Source: Syntrophales bacterium | Lineage (GTDB): Bacteria > Desulfobacterota > Syntrophia > Syntrophales > PHBD01 | DNA length: 64,000 nucleotides | Direction: 5' to 3' | NCBI GenBank assembly: GCA_963668175.1 | Contig: OY764159.1 | Location: 960,001-1,024,000 of the forward strand | In this document: piece after piece, positions 52,907 to 63,256 of the stretch | How positions within the stretch are numbered: position 1 is the first letter of the stretch | Layout: each line of letters begins with the position of its first letter | Translations under genes and position numbers: made by a program | The notes under the pieces: generated by a model | What the model was told of the DNA's origin: nothing | The model's input: the letters and a program-made list of their open reading frames with translations, nothing else | Databases searched by the model: none

Positions 52907-54823
52907 ATGAGTGACATCAAAATTGGCCTGCCGGACGGTTCCACCGGCACCTTTTCCGATGGGACAACGGTGCGGGATGTTGTAGCCTCCTGGAAACAGG
53001 ATCTTTTGGCGTCGACCGTGGCGGCCAAGGTCGACCAGGCCCTCGTAGATACGAGCTTTAAGCTGCATAGGGATGCAGCGCTTACCTTGGTGGATATCGG
53101 TTCCAAGGAAGGGCTGGGCATTCTCCGGCACAGCATTTCTCACGTTATGGCCCAGGCCGTGCAGGATACGTTTAAAAACGTACTGGTTACCATCGGTCCT
53201 TCCATCGAGGAAGGGTTCTATTACGATTTCGAGTATGCCGAGACGTTCACGCCGGAAGACATAGAGAAAATCGAAAAGCGCATGGCGGAACTGGTTGCCG
53301 CCAATTATTCCTTCGAGCGCCGGGAAATGTCGCGGGAGGAGGCCGTCGAACTCTTCCGGGGGAAAGGCGAGTCCTACAAGGTCGAACTGCTGAACGATCT
53401 CCCCGCGGACGTCAAAACGGTGAGCATCTATACCCAGGGCGGCTATACCGACCTGTGCCGGGGGCCCCACATCCCTTCCACGGGGATGATCAAGGCCTTC
53501 AAGCTTCTGAACGTAGCCGGCGCCTACTGGCGCGGCGACGAGAAGAACAAAATGCTGCAGCGCATTTATGGGACCGGCTTTGCGACCAAAGAAGCCCTGG
53601 CCGACTATCTCCGTGTTATCGAGGAGGCCAAAAAGAGGGACCACCGCAGGCTCGGCAGAGAGCTCGATCTCTTCCAGGTCAATGAAGAAGCCGGGGCCGG
53701 TCTCGTCATCTTCCACCCGAAAGGGATGCTGCTGCGCTACCTGATCGAAGAATGGGAAAGAAAGGAACACCTGAAACGGGGCTATGACATGGTCATGGGG
53801 CCCCAGATCCTCAAGGCGGATCTCTGGAAAAAATCGGGCCACTTCGATCATTACCGGGAGAACATGTACTTTACCGAGGTGGACAATCAGCCGTATGGGA
53901 TCAAACCCATGAATTGTCTTTCCCATATGCTGATCTATAAATCGAAGATCAGGAGCTACCGGGATCTGCCGCTCAGGTATTTCGAACTGGGTACGGTCCA
54001 CCGCCACGAAAAGGGAGGAGTTCTGCACGGCCTGATGAGGGTCCGCCAGTTTACGCAGGACGACGCCCATATCCTCTGCACGCCGGAGCAGTTGAACGCC
54101 GAAATCAGGGCCATTGCCGATTTCGTCGGTTATGCCATGGGGATTTTCGGATTCGAGTACGAAGTGGAGCTCAGCACCCGTCCGAAGGACTCGATCGGGT
54201 CCGATCAGGACTGGGAGATGGCGACCAATGCCCTGGAGCAGGCCCTGAAGGACAACCATATGTCCTACGATGTCAACCCCGGGGACGGCGCGTTCTACGG
54301 ACCGAAGATTGATTTCAAACTTAAGGACGCCCTGAAGCGGAAGTGGCAGTGTGCGACCATTCAGTGCGATTTTACGCTGCCGGACCGGTTCGACCTGACC
54401 TACATCGGTGAAGACGGCGAACGCCACCGGCCCGTCATGCTCCACCGGGTCATTCTCGGGGCCATAGAACGGTTCATGGGCGTATTGATCGAACACTATG
54501 CCGGGGCATTTCCTGTCTGGCTTTCGCCTGTCCAGGCGGTCATTGTGACCGTGACGGATAAGCATATCCCCTATGGACAGGAGGTCTATCGGCAGCTCGT
54601 CGACGCGGGCGTCCGCGCGGAAGGGGATTTCCGGAACGAAAAACTGGGCTACAAGATCAGAGAGGCCCAGTTGCAGAAGGTGCCCTATATGCTCGTGATC
54701 GGTGATCGGGAAGTGGAATCGCGGTGCGTATCCCCCCGCCAGCGCGACGGGGGCAATCTCGGCGCGATCGGTGTCGACGAGTTTATCAAGCTGATCAAGG
54801 ATAAGTGCTCAGCATACAAATAG
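52907..54823 (+). CDS. thrS: Threonine--tRNA ligase
   Basis: DLCRGPH, RDHRRLG, KPMNC, FYGPKID, HRVILG. Confidence 0.98.
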   Translation: MSDIKIGLPDGSTGTFSDGTTVRDVVASWKQDLLASTVAAKVDQALVDTSFKLHRDAALTLVDIGSKEGLGILRHSISHVMAQAVQDTFKNVLVTIGPSIEEGFYYDFEYAETFTPEDIEKIEKRMAELVAANYSFERREMSREEAVELFRGKGESYKVELLNDLPADVKTVSIYTQGGYTDLCRGPHIPSTGMIKAFKLLNVAGAYWRGDEKNKMLQRIYGTGFATKEALADYLRVIEEAKKRDHRRLGRELDLFQVNEEAGAGLVIFHPKGMLLRYLIEEWERKEHLKRGYDMVMGPQILKADLWKKSGHFDHYRENMYFTEVDNQPYGIKPMNCLSHMLIYKSKIRSYRDLPLRYFELGTVHRHEKGGVLHGLMRVRQFTQDDAHILCTPEQLNAEIRAIADFVGYAMGIFGFEYEVELSTRPKDSIGSDQDWEMATNALEQALKDNHMSYDVNPGDGAFYGPKIDFKLKDALKRKWQCATIQCDFTLPDRFDLTYIGEDGERHRPVMLHRVILGAIERFMGVLIEHYAGAFPVWLSPVQAVIVTVTDKHIPYGQEVYRQLVDAGVRAEGDFRNEKLGYKIREAQLQKVPYMLVIGDREVESRCVSPRQRDGGNLGAIGVDEFIKLIKDKCSAYK

Positions 54824-54921
54824 GATAAGGCGGTTCGTGGCAACGCCGTTCAGTTCAGGGGTTGTCTGTAAGGTGGTGGCGGTGGTATTGAGATGGTCGT
54901 GTTTTTCTGAGGAGGTGTCCT

Positions 54922-55431
54922 ATAGCTAAGGATTTAAAAATCAATCGCGAGATCAAGGTCTCAAGCGTTCGTGTCATCGATGCCGAAGGAAAGCAGTTGG
55001 GCATTCTGACCTTGGCGGATGCCTTGGCCGAGGCGACAAGGGCCGGCTTGGACCTGGTTGAGGTATCGCCCAATTCCGATCCTCCGGTCTGCCGGATCAT
55101 GGATTACGGAAAATTTCGCTACCAGCAAAGCAAGAAGATGCACATAGCGAAAAAGAGCCAGTCCGTCATCCAGGTGAAAGAAATCAGGCTGAGGCCTAAA
55201 ACGGAAGATCATGACATCCAGGTTAAGATCAAACATGTGAAGAAGTTTCTGGAGCAGCAGGACAAGGTCAAAATAACCATGATGTTCAGGGGCCGAGAGA
55301 TCGCTTATACCGAGATCGGAAGGAAGATCATGGAAAGTATCCGGGACGCCCTGGCCGATGTCGGCTCGATTGAGCAGCATCCGCGTCTGGAAGGCCGGAA
55401 CATGAATATGATCATCGCACCCAAAAAATAA
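54922..55431 (+). CDS. infC: Translation initiation factor IF-3, ATA start
   Basis: GAGGAGGT precedes in-frame ATA 54922. INREI...VRVI, PPVCRIMDYGK, KEIRLRP. Confidence 0.95.
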   Translation: MAKDLKINREIKVSSVRVIDAEGKQLGILTLADALAEATRAGLDLVEVSPNSDPPVCRIMDYGKFRYQQSKKMHIAKKSQSVIQVKEIRLRPKTEDHDIQVKIKHVKKFLEQQDKVKITMMFRGREIAYTEIGRKIMESIRDALADVGSIEQHPRLEGRNMNMIIAPKK

Positions 55432-55499
55432 TACCGTCTTGTATTTAAGATTGGAAAGACATAAACGTGGTGATGAAATCGTAGAGAAGAGGTGACGTA

Positions 55500-55697
55500 A
55501 TGCCGAAAGTCAAGACACACCGGGGCGCAGCCAAGCGTTTTCGCCTCACGGGCAGCGGCAAGGTGAAGAGAAACAAAGCCTTCGCCAGCCATATCCTGAC
55601 GACCAAAACGACAAAGAGGAAGAGAAATCTGAGGAAGGGTACCTTGGTCGACAAGACCAATGAAAGGGCCATCAAGAAACTGATCCCGTATTTATAA
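55500..55697 (+). CDS. rpmI: 50S ribosomal protein L35
   Basis: [14 protein letters not shown]. Confidence 0.97.
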   Translation: MPKVKTHRGAAKRFRLTGSGKVKRNKAFASHILTTKTTKRKRNLRKGTLVDKTNERAIKKLIPYL

Positions 55698-55785
55698 GAG
55701 CGGCCGCTGACATAAGCGGCGGAAACAGTCACGGACTGTCTGCCGCCGGTTGCCATCACCGCTTTTCGCAAGGAGCCTAAGAGCG

Positions 55786-56145
55786 ATGCCAAGAGTAAAG
55801 AGGGCGATTACCGCCAAGAAAAAAAGAAGAAAGATATTGAAGAGGGCCAAGGGATTTTTCGGAGCGCGGAGCCGTCTTTTGAGAACGGCGACGGAAGCCG
55901 TAGACCGGGCGCTCAAGTATGCCTTTCGGGACCGGAGAGTCCGCAAACGCGAGTTCAGGAAGTTATGGATTGCCCGCATCAACGCCGCCGCCCGGTTCCA
56001 TGATATCACATACAGCCGCTTGATCTCAGGCCTGAAGAAGGCCGGTGTCATCATGGACAGAAAAATCCTGGCCGATCTCGCCATTCATGATCCGCAAGGT
56101 TTTTCCCGGATTGTTACCCTAGCTAAAGGCGATGTGACGGCATGA
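55786..56145 (+). CDS. rplT: 50S ribosomal protein L20
   Basis: MPRVKR...[18 protein letters not shown]. Confidence 0.97.
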   Translation: MPRVKRAITAKKKRRKILKRAKGFFGARSRLLRTATEAVDRALKYAFRDRRVRKREFRKLWIARINAAARFHDITYSRLISGLKKAGVIMDRKILADLAIHDPQGFSRIVTLAKGDVTA

Positions 56146-57158
56146 TGCAGGATCTGGAGGATGTTCAGGGCAAGTTTGAAGCCGAGCTTGGGGCTTGCCG
56201 ATCGGAAGCGGAACTCCTCGAAATCAAGACGAAGTATTTGGGAAGAAAAGGCATCCTGACGGGGTTGCTGCGGAACATCGGGGCTGTTGCCCCTGAGGAC
56301 AGACCTCAATTCGGCAAGCGCTCCAACGAAATCAAGGAAGCCATCACCGCCAGGATCGAAAAGGCACTGGCCGAGATTGCGGCCGGACAGAAAGATAAAA
56401 TCCTTCTCGAAGAGAAGATGGATATCACCCTGCCGGGACGGACGGCCGGATACGGAAAGATTCATCCCGTCGTCCGGGTCTGCCGGGAGATATGCGATAT
56501 CTTCTCGGGGCTGGGATTTTCCGTCGTCGAGGGACCCGAAGTCGAGCTCGACTACTATAATTTCGAAGCCTTAAACATTCCCAAAGACCATCCTGCCAGG
56601 GACATGCAGGACACCTTCTATATCGAAGAAAATATCGTCCTTCGAACCCATACGTCACCCGTCCAGATCCGGACAATGCTGAAGCAGAAACCCCCGGTGC
56701 GGATATTGTCGCCCGGGCGGGTCTATCGCCCTGATTCGGACGTCTCCCATACGCCGATGTTTCACCAAATCGAAGGACTCATGGTCGACCGGGGAATCAC
56801 CCTCGGCGATCTCAAAGGCATCCTGACCTCTTTCCTGAAGCAGGTTTTCGGCGAGAAGACGGCCTTGAGGTTCCGTCCCAGCTTTTTCCCTTTCACCGAA
56901 CCCAGTGCAGAAGTCGATATATGCTGCGTGATGTGCCAGGGCGCGGGATGCAGGGTCTGCGGCCAGAGTGGATGGCTGGAAATCCTGGGTTCCGGCATGG
57001 TGGACCCCGAAGTATTCAAGAATGTCGGGTACGATCCGGACGAAATCTCCGGTTTCGCTTTCGGCTTGGGGCTGGAGAGGATCGCCATGCTGAAATACGG
57101 CGTATCGGACATTCGCCTCTATTTCGAAAACGACTGGAGGTTCCTGGAACAGTTTTGA
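56142..57158 (+). CDS. pheS: Phenylalanine--tRNA ligase alpha subunit
   Basis: [33 protein letters not shown]. Confidence 0.98.
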   Translation: MMQDLEDVQGKFEAELGACRSEAELLEIKTKYLGRKGILTGLLRNIGAVAPEDRPQFGKRSNEIKEAITARIEKALAEIAAGQKDKILLEEKMDITLPGRTAGYGKIHPVVRVCREICDIFSGLGFSVVEGPEVELDYYNFEALNIPKDHPARDMQDTFYIEENIVLRTHTSPVQIRTMLKQKPPVRILSPGRVYRPDSDVSHTPMFHQIEGLMVDRGITLGDLKGILTSFLKQVFGEKTALRFRPSFFPFTEPSAEVDICCVMCQGAGCRVCGQSGWLEILGSGMVDPEVFKNVGYDPDEISGFAFGLGLERIAMLKYGVSDIRLYFENDWRFLEQF

Positions 57159-57320
57159 TGTCTTCCCCCCAATATCCCCGCATAAGGCGCTGAGGAGCCT
57201 GATTTGCGATCGGACCCGATACCCGGAAACAAAGTTTGATGGCGGGGGGCTTTTCCGCAAACATTGGGCGTTGATCGCACTGCCTGATTCAGTTAAATAA
57301 AATAACGACGGAAATCGAAG

Positions 57321-59744
57321 ATGAAAGTTAGTCTGAAATGGCTTAGAGATTATGTTCAGATAGACCTGCCCGCTTCAGAGCTGGCTGACCGCCTGACCAT
57401 GGCCGGTCTGGAGGTGGAGTCCGTTGAAGAGATACGGCCTTCTTTTACGGATGTCGTCGTTGCCAAAATTCTGTCCATCCGGCCTCATCCCAACGCCGAC
57501 AAGCTCAGGCTTTGCGACGTGACCATAGGAGACGCCGTTTTGCCCATCGTCTGCGGGGCGCCGAACATTGAAGTCGGCCAGGTCGTTCCTTTAGCCAAGG
57601 TCGGGGCGACGATACCCGGCGGCTACACCATCAAGAGTTCCAAGATCAGGGGTGAGCTTTCGGAAGGTATGCTCTGTTCCGAAGAAGAACTGGCCATCGG
57701 CAGCGACAACACCGGAATCATGATCCTGCCGCCGGATCTGGCCTTGGGGCAGAAGCTCCAGGATGCGCTCGATCTGAACGATGCCGTTCTCGATATCGGC
57801 ATCACGCCGAATCGCGCCGACTGTCTGTCCATCATCGGGATAGCCAGGGAGGTGGCTGCACTGACGGGACAGAAGATGCGTTATCCGTCCTTCGCCGTCA
57901 GGGAGAATAATGAAGACATCACCGGGCTGACGTCCGTGACGATCCTGGACCCGGATCTCTGCCCTCGTTATACCGCCAGGATCATCAAGAATGTGACCAT
58001 CAAACCGTCGCCCCTCTGGATGAGACAGAGACTGGAAGCGGTAGGCCTGCGCGCCATCAACAATGTCGTCGACGTCACGAACTTCATCATGATGGAGATG
58101 GGGCAGCCCCTCCACTCCTTCGATTTCCGCTTCCTGGAGGAAGGGCGCATCGTCGTGAGGCGTTCCCAGGATCAGGAGCATTTCGTGTCGCTCGACGAGA
58201 AAGACCGCGTTCTGAAAGGCGATACCCTGATGATCTGCGACGGGGTCAAGCCTGTGGCCATTGCCGGCATCATGGGCGGGTTGAATTCCGAGGTCAAGGA
58301 CGACACGTCAACCATCCTTCTGGAAAGCGCCTACTTTAACCCGACGTCCATCCGCAAGTCGTCGCGTTGGCTGGGTATGAGCACGGATGCCGCTTTCCGT
58401 TTCGAAAGGGGCATCGACCCCGGCGGGGTTGTCCATGCCCAGAACCGGGCGGCGCAGCTCATCGCCGACTTGTCCGGAGGAGAAGTTTGCCGGGGGCTCA
58501 TCGACTGTTACCCCAAGGCCCTGGAGACCGTCGGCGAAATCCCTTTGCGTTTCGAGAAGATCAATAGTTTTCTCGGTGTTGAGGTTGATCGCGAAGAGTC
58601 GGCGCGTATCCTGGAAAGCCTGGAGATGGCCGTTTCCCGGAAGGACGGCAAGACCTGCGGCGTGACGCCGCCGACGTTCCGTGTGGATATAACCAGGGAA
58701 ATCGATCTGATCGAAGAGATCGCACGTATTTACGGTTACGACAAGATTCCCGTGACAATGCCGTCGGTGACGCTCGTTCCCCTTGTCAAGAAAGCCAAGG
58801 ACGTGATTGAAGAGATGGTCCGGGGCCGGCTCACCGGAGAAGGGTATACGGAGATAATTACCTACAGCTTCATTTCTCCCGGCGCGGCGGACATCCTCGG
58901 CCTGCCCGATGATGACGAGCGGCGCCGTCTCGTGAAAATCATGAATCCCCTGACGGAGGACCAGTCCGTCATGCGCACCACCATGGTCTTCAGCCTGCTT
59001 AAGACCATGAAGGCCAACGCCTACGCCGGGAATTTCGACCTCAAGCTCTTTGAGATGGGGCGGGTCTATATTCATAACCAACAGGGTTCGCTGCCGACGG
59101 AAAAGGCGCGGATGGGAGTCCTGCTGACCGGGCAGCGGAACGCGGATCTCTGCCACTCCAGGGAAGTATCGGCCGATTTCTACGATTTGAAGGGCTGTAT
59201 CGAAAATCTTGTCGGCAGCATGCAGATAGCGGATATGATTCTCGATACGGCGGTTACGGAACCGTTCCTCCATCCCGGCCGGTCCTGTCGGATGACGGTC
59301 CGGGGACAGATCCTGGGCTATATGGGCGAGGTCCATCCCGAGGTCATGGCCAGGATGGACCTGAAAAACCGGGCCTTGATCTGCGAGCTCGATCTCGACG
59401 TCCTGGCCGGTCTTTACAGCGGAGGAATCCGGTACCAGGATATTCCCAAGTACCCTTCCAGTTCGAGGGATGTGGCGTTCCTCGTCGGAAAAGAGGTGAC
59501 GGCGGGAAAGATGATCGCCATAGCCGTTGATTCCAAAGAAGAATTGCTTGAAAAAGTGTGTGTTTTTGATGTATATGATGGTAAGGGAATACCGGCCGGC
59601 ATGAAAAGTCTGGGCTTGCGGTTCTCATACCGGGCGGTGGAAAGAACCCTCACCGATGTAGAAATCAATGATGTTCACGGCCGGATCGTCAGGCAGATAA
59701 TCGCTGAGTGCGGTGCAAAGATCAGAGGTGAAGAGAGTATCTAA
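57321..59744 (+). CDS. pheT: Phenylalanine--tRNA ligase beta subunit
   Basis: HPNADKL, TPNRADCLS, RFERG, DLIEEIAR. Confidence 0.98.
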   Translation: MKVSLKWLRDYVQIDLPASELADRLTMAGLEVESVEEIRPSFTDVVVAKILSIRPHPNADKLRLCDVTIGDAVLPIVCGAPNIEVGQVVPLAKVGATIPGGYTIKSSKIRGELSEGMLCSEEELAIGSDNTGIMILPPDLALGQKLQDALDLNDAVLDIGITPNRADCLSIIGIAREVAALTGQKMRYPSFAVRENNEDITGLTSVTILDPDLCPRYTARIIKNVTIKPSPLWMRQRLEAVGLRAINNVVDVTNFIMMEMGQPLHSFDFRFLEEGRIVVRRSQDQEHFVSLDEKDRVLKGDTLMICDGVKPVAIAGIMGGLNSEVKDDTSTILLESAYFNPTSIRKSSRWLGMSTDAAFRFERGIDPGGVVHAQNRAAQLIADLSGGEVCRGLIDCYPKALETVGEIPLRFEKINSFLGVEVDREESARILESLEMAVSRKDGKTCGVTPPTFRVDITREIDLIEEIARIYGYDKIPVTMPSVTLVPLVKKAKDVIEEMVRGRLTGEGYTEIITYSFISPGAADILGLPDDDERRRLVKIMNPLTEDQSVMRTTMVFSLLKTMKANAYAGNFDLKLFEMGRVYIHNQQGSLPTEKARMGVLLTGQRNADLCHSREVSADFYDLKGCIENLVGSMQIADMILDTAVTEPFLHPGRSCRMTVRGQILGYMGEVHPEVMARMDLKNRALICELDLDVLAGLYSGGIRYQDIPKYPSSSRDVAFLVGKEVTAGKMIAIAVDSKEELLEKVCVFDVYDGKGIPAGMKSLGLRFSYRAVERTLTDVEINDVHGRIVRQIIAECGAKIRGEESI

Positions 59745-59775
59745 TTTCCGGAATTATGATGAAGGAGGCGTAAAG

Positions 59776-60051
59776 ATGACAAAGATCGATATCATTCAGG
59801 AAGTATACGAAAAACTCGGGTTCTCCAAGAAAGATTCGGCCAGTATCGTTGAGTCTGTCTTTAATATCATGAAAGACACGTTGGCTAAGGGTGAGAAGAT
59901 CAAGATATCCGGTTTCGGCAACTTTGTCGTCAAGGAAAAGAAGTCGCGCCGAGGAAGAAATCCCCAGACGGGCAGGGAGATTGAGATCACGGCCCGGAGG
60001 GTGCTGACCTTTAAATCGAGCCAGGTGCTGCGCAAGGCCCTGAACTCCTGA
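59776..60051 (+). CDS. ihfA: Integration host factor alpha
   Basis: MTKIDI, ISGFGNF, GRNPQTG. Follows pheT. Confidence 0.93.
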   Translation: MTKIDIIQEVYEKLGFSKKDSASIVESVFNIMKDTLAKGEKIKISGFGNFVVKEKKSRRGRNPQTGREIEITARRVLTFKSSQVLRKALNS

Positions 60052-60131
60052 AGGCGGCGGGCGGCACATGGATATATCCCTCCTTTACATGACCGACGAG
60101 CCGGTCTTGTTTCCGGGAGAAAAGCTGAGAC

Positions 60132-60497
60132 ATGGATGTATCGATTCCCGACAAGTATTATTTTCGCATCGGCGAAGTTGCCAGGATCCTGGAAGTTGAA
60201 CCCCATGTGATCAGATACTGGGAATCGGAATTCAAAGCGGTTAAACCGGTCCGTTCCAAATCAGACCAGCGCCTTTACCGGAAGAAGGATGTTTTAACGC
60301 TTCAGGTTATCAAGGATTTATTATACCGGGAACATTTCACCATCAACGGGGCGAGGAAGCAATTGACCCGGATCATGGAAGCGAGCGGCGACAAAACGGA
60401 AGAGATTTCGGAACGACACGAAACGCCTGACGGCGAAGACAGGATGAAACTGATACAAATCAAGAAAATCCTTCAAGAAATCAAAGACAAGGTCTAA
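60132..60497 (+). CDS. MerR-family HTH protein (ihfA-associated)
   Basis: YFRIGEVA...HVIRYWESEF...QRLY. Confidence 0.9.
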   Translation: MDVSIPDKYYFRIGEVARILEVEPHVIRYWESEFKAVKPVRSKSDQRLYRKKDVLTLQVIKDLLYREHFTINGARKQLTRIMEASGDKTEEISERHETPDGEDRMKLIQIKKILQEIKDKV

Positions 60498-60515
60498 TTC
60501 ATAATAAGTGACGGC

Positions 60516-60561
60516 AAAAAAGCCGATTGACTCGAAAGAGGTCAATCGGCTTATCTTTTTT
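60516..60561. terminator. Bidirectional terminator
   Basis: AAAAAAGCCGATTGAC...GTCAATCGGCTTATCTTTTTT between convergent genes. Confidence 0.8.
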
Positions 60562-60597
60562 CCGGCTATGCCGGGACTGAGGAGCGGTCCTGGCTCG

Positions 60598-60876
60598 TTA
60601 CTTCTTGCCTCTCTTCGAAGCCTTGAGGGGATTGAGTTTCTGGACGACTTCCTTGACTTCCCGTTTGACGTGCGATGCCGTGGGGCAAATGCCGATAATC
60701 CACTTGGCTGCCGGTTCCGGATAGACCTTGCAGTATTTGCCGCTGGCCAGCTCAATGATCTTGTTGCAGCCTTCGCAGGTTTCCACGATGATATGACAGT
60801 TTCCTCCGGTATATCCGCAGCCCTTCTTGGACATGAAGGTGCATTCCGTACCCTCTTTAATCGTTTGGCAAATCAT
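60598..60876 (-). CDS. PxxKW-family cysteine-rich protein
   Basis: CEGC, YPEPAAKW, CPTASH, NPLKASKR. GGAGGG RBS. Confidence 0.8.
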   Translation of the reverse strand: MICQTIKEGTECTFMSKKGCGYTGGNCHIIVETCEGCNKIIELASGKYCKVYPEPAAKWIIGICPTASHVKREVKEVVQKLNPLKASKRGKK

Positions 60877-61302
60877 GACGATCCCTCCTTTCTGGTGTCT
60901 GATGCCTTCATGGGACCGATCCCTGCCGCCGCTTAAGGCTTTCGGGATAATGGTTCATAAAAAAGTTCGCCTTGTTAGCAAGAAAATATTGCCGGTGTCA
61001 AGTAAAATATCATGTCCGGGTTATATCGATGAACAGATAGGAGGCGTTGTCATCCTGACGCGTCATGGCTGATATGGGGCTAAATTGTATTTTGACAGTC
61101 TGTAAAGACAAGTGTTAAGAATGTGGCATCGCTCTGGAGCAAACGGAACTGGGGCGGAAGGCGGAGGCGCCGCTCCCCGGAAACCTGGCTTGCGCAGTCG
61201 GTGTCCGGATGTGGAAGCCGTAGCCGGGGAGGCCTGGGCTCGATGGCCCCTGAACGCAGGATATCTCACGCATGATCGCGTACGAATCGCTTTGAGTTTG
61301 CC

Positions 61303-62280
61303 ATGGAACCTGAGAGACTAAAGATGAAGGTCGCCGCACTGTCGGTAGCCTCCAATACGGCGCTGGTGATCATGAAGCTTGCCGTAGGGCTCGCCATCGG
61401 CTCCGTCGCCATGATATCGGAGGCAATCCACTCGGGGTTCGACCTCGTGGCGGCCCTGATTGCGCTCTTTTCGGTGAAGACGTCGAGCCTTCCGGCGGAC
61501 GTTCATCATCCGTTCGGACACGGCAAGATCGAGAACATATCCGGTACGGTGGAAGCCCTCCTCATTTTCGGCGCCGCCGTCTGGATCATCGTCGAGGCCG
61601 TTGGAAAACTGAGGCATCCCGAGCCTATAGACGCCATCGGATGGGGGGTGGCCGTCATGCTGATCTCCTCCGTGGTGAATGTCGTTGTATCGGAGATACT
61701 CTTTCGGGTCGGACGCCGGACCGATTCCATAGCCCTCCAGGCCGATGCCTGGCATCTGCGCACGGATGTTTATACGTCGGCCGGGGTCATGGTCAGCCTG
61801 GCCCTGATATGGTTCCTGCAAAACCTTCTGCCGGGCCGGGATTTTTTCTGGCTCGATCCCGTCGCCGCCATCGCCGTGGCCCTTCTCATTCTCAAAGCGG
61901 CGTACGATCTTACCGTCCGGTCGGCCCGCGATTTGCTGGATGTCAAGCTTCCCAAGCCGGAGATCGACTGGATCACGCAGCTCATCGTCAGGCATCAGCC
62001 TGCCGTTCGGGGATTTCATCATCTGCGCACCAGGAAATCGGGCCAGTTCCGCTTCATTGAATTTCACTTGCTGGTCGATCCCCTGATGACCGTCGAAGCA
62101 TCCCACGACATTACGGAAGATTTGACAAAGGCGATCGAAGACCAGTATCCTGACGCGAGCGTTATGATCCATATCGAACCCTGTGACGGCAAATGCAGCC
62201 GCAACTGCCAGGAAGGATGCCTGCTGCCTCCCGACAGACGCGAAACAGGTCGATCCGGTACAGCGTTCCGTTTGAGATAA
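61303..62280 (+). CDS. Cation diffusion facilitator (FieF/MntE-like) with a Cys-rich tail
   Basis: HSGFD, HPFGHGKIE, HLRTD, HIEPCDGKCSRNC. The start may be 61324. Confidence 0.92.
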   Translation: MEPERLKMKVAALSVASNTALVIMKLAVGLAIGSVAMISEAIHSGFDLVAALIALFSVKTSSLPADVHHPFGHGKIENISGTVEALLIFGAAVWIIVEAVGKLRHPEPIDAIGWGVAVMLISSVVNVVVSEILFRVGRRTDSIALQADAWHLRTDVYTSAGVMVSLALIWFLQNLLPGRDFFWLDPVAAIAVALLILKAAYDLTVRSARDLLDVKLPKPEIDWITQLIVRHQPAVRGFHHLRTRKSGQFRFIEFHLLVDPLMTVEASHDITEDLTKAIEDQYPDASVMIHIEPCDGKCSRNCQEGCLLPPDRRETGRSGTAFRLR

Positions 62281-62311
62281 ATACGAGCACCTGTCGGGAG
62301 GGAGGAATCAT

Positions 62312-63172
62312 ATGAAAGATCAGGCCGTGTGGGTGGAAGGGATCATCCGGGATTGCGTTCGGAATTCGGCCGATAACTGCCTCAAGGACGCCGGCGGGGA
62401 AAAGTCCTGGGACGATGTGCTGGTAGGATTTTCCCGGGGCGATGACCCTATTTATTCGTTCTATAAAGAAGATATCGGCTCCTTCTACTGGCTGCCGGCA
62501 GAGGCGTTCGCCTTTGCTTATCCCGACGCCGAAGTTCGGCCTGATGGGCTTACGGTTATAAGCTGGGTCCTGCCGCAGAGGGACGTTACAAAGGCCGATA
62601 ACCGGAAACAGAAACAGCTTCCCGCGGAACGCTGGATCAGGTCGAGGGTGCTGGGTGAAGCCTTTAATATCCGCCTGGCCGGCCATCTCGTTGCCGCCTT
62701 GAAGGCGGCCGGTATGGACGCCGTTATCCCGTCGCAACTGCCGCAATGGTCCCATCAGACGTCGGCCAAATACAGCCTTGCCTCCACCTGGTCCGAACGC
62801 CACACGGCCTATGCGGCCGGTCTCGGGACTTTCGGCCTTTCCGACGGTCTCATCACCCCGAGGGGTAAGGCCATGCGCTGCGGTTCGGTCATTGCGCGGT
62901 TATCCATTCCCCCGACGCCGAGGCCCTATAAGGAGCCCTACGCCTACTGTCTCTATTTCACCGATAAGAAATGCAGGAAATGCATCAAGCGCTGTCCGGC
63001 CGGGGCCATCGACGAAAACGGTCACGATAAAGTGAAGTGCCGCGACTACCTCCATAACACCGTCTCCCCGTACGCCGAGGCCCATTTCGGCCTGAAGAGC
63101 TATGGATGCGGTTTATGTCAGACGGCGGTGCCCTGTGAATCGAGCATCCCGCGGCTGCGCGATGCTGAATGA
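62312..63172 (+). CDS. QueG/reductive-dehalogenase-like 2x4Fe-4S protein
   Basis: SERHTAYAAGLGTFG, C...CRKCIKRCP, C...CGLCQTAVPC. Confidence 0.8.
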   Translation: MKDQAVWVEGIIRDCVRNSADNCLKDAGGEKSWDDVLVGFSRGDDPIYSFYKEDIGSFYWLPAEAFAFAYPDAEVRPDGLTVISWVLPQRDVTKADNRKQKQLPAERWIRSRVLGEAFNIRLAGHLVAALKAAGMDAVIPSQLPQWSHQTSAKYSLASTWSERHTAYAAGLGTFGLSDGLITPRGKAMRCGSVIARLSIPPTPRPYKEPYAYCLYFTDKKCRKCIKRCPAGAIDENGHDKVKCRDYLHNTVSPYAEAHFGLKSYGCGLCQTAVPCESSIPRLRDAE

Positions 63173-63256
63173 GCTATTCCGCCGACAGAGAGGATTCTTG
63201 CAAGAAGATTACCCGGACGGACTGAAATAACCGATGCAGAGGAGGAGGTTCCCGTC

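Noticed and set aside
57159..57320. 162-bp pheS-pheT spacer as an insertion or RNA element
   Set aside because: Longer than usual, but no inverted or direct repeats or convincing structure seen.
61093..61302. NiCo, yybP or cobalamin riboswitch, or SRP RNA, upstream of the CDF gene
   Set aside because: GC-rich stems are present, but I could not match the consensus cores. An Rfam scan would settle it.
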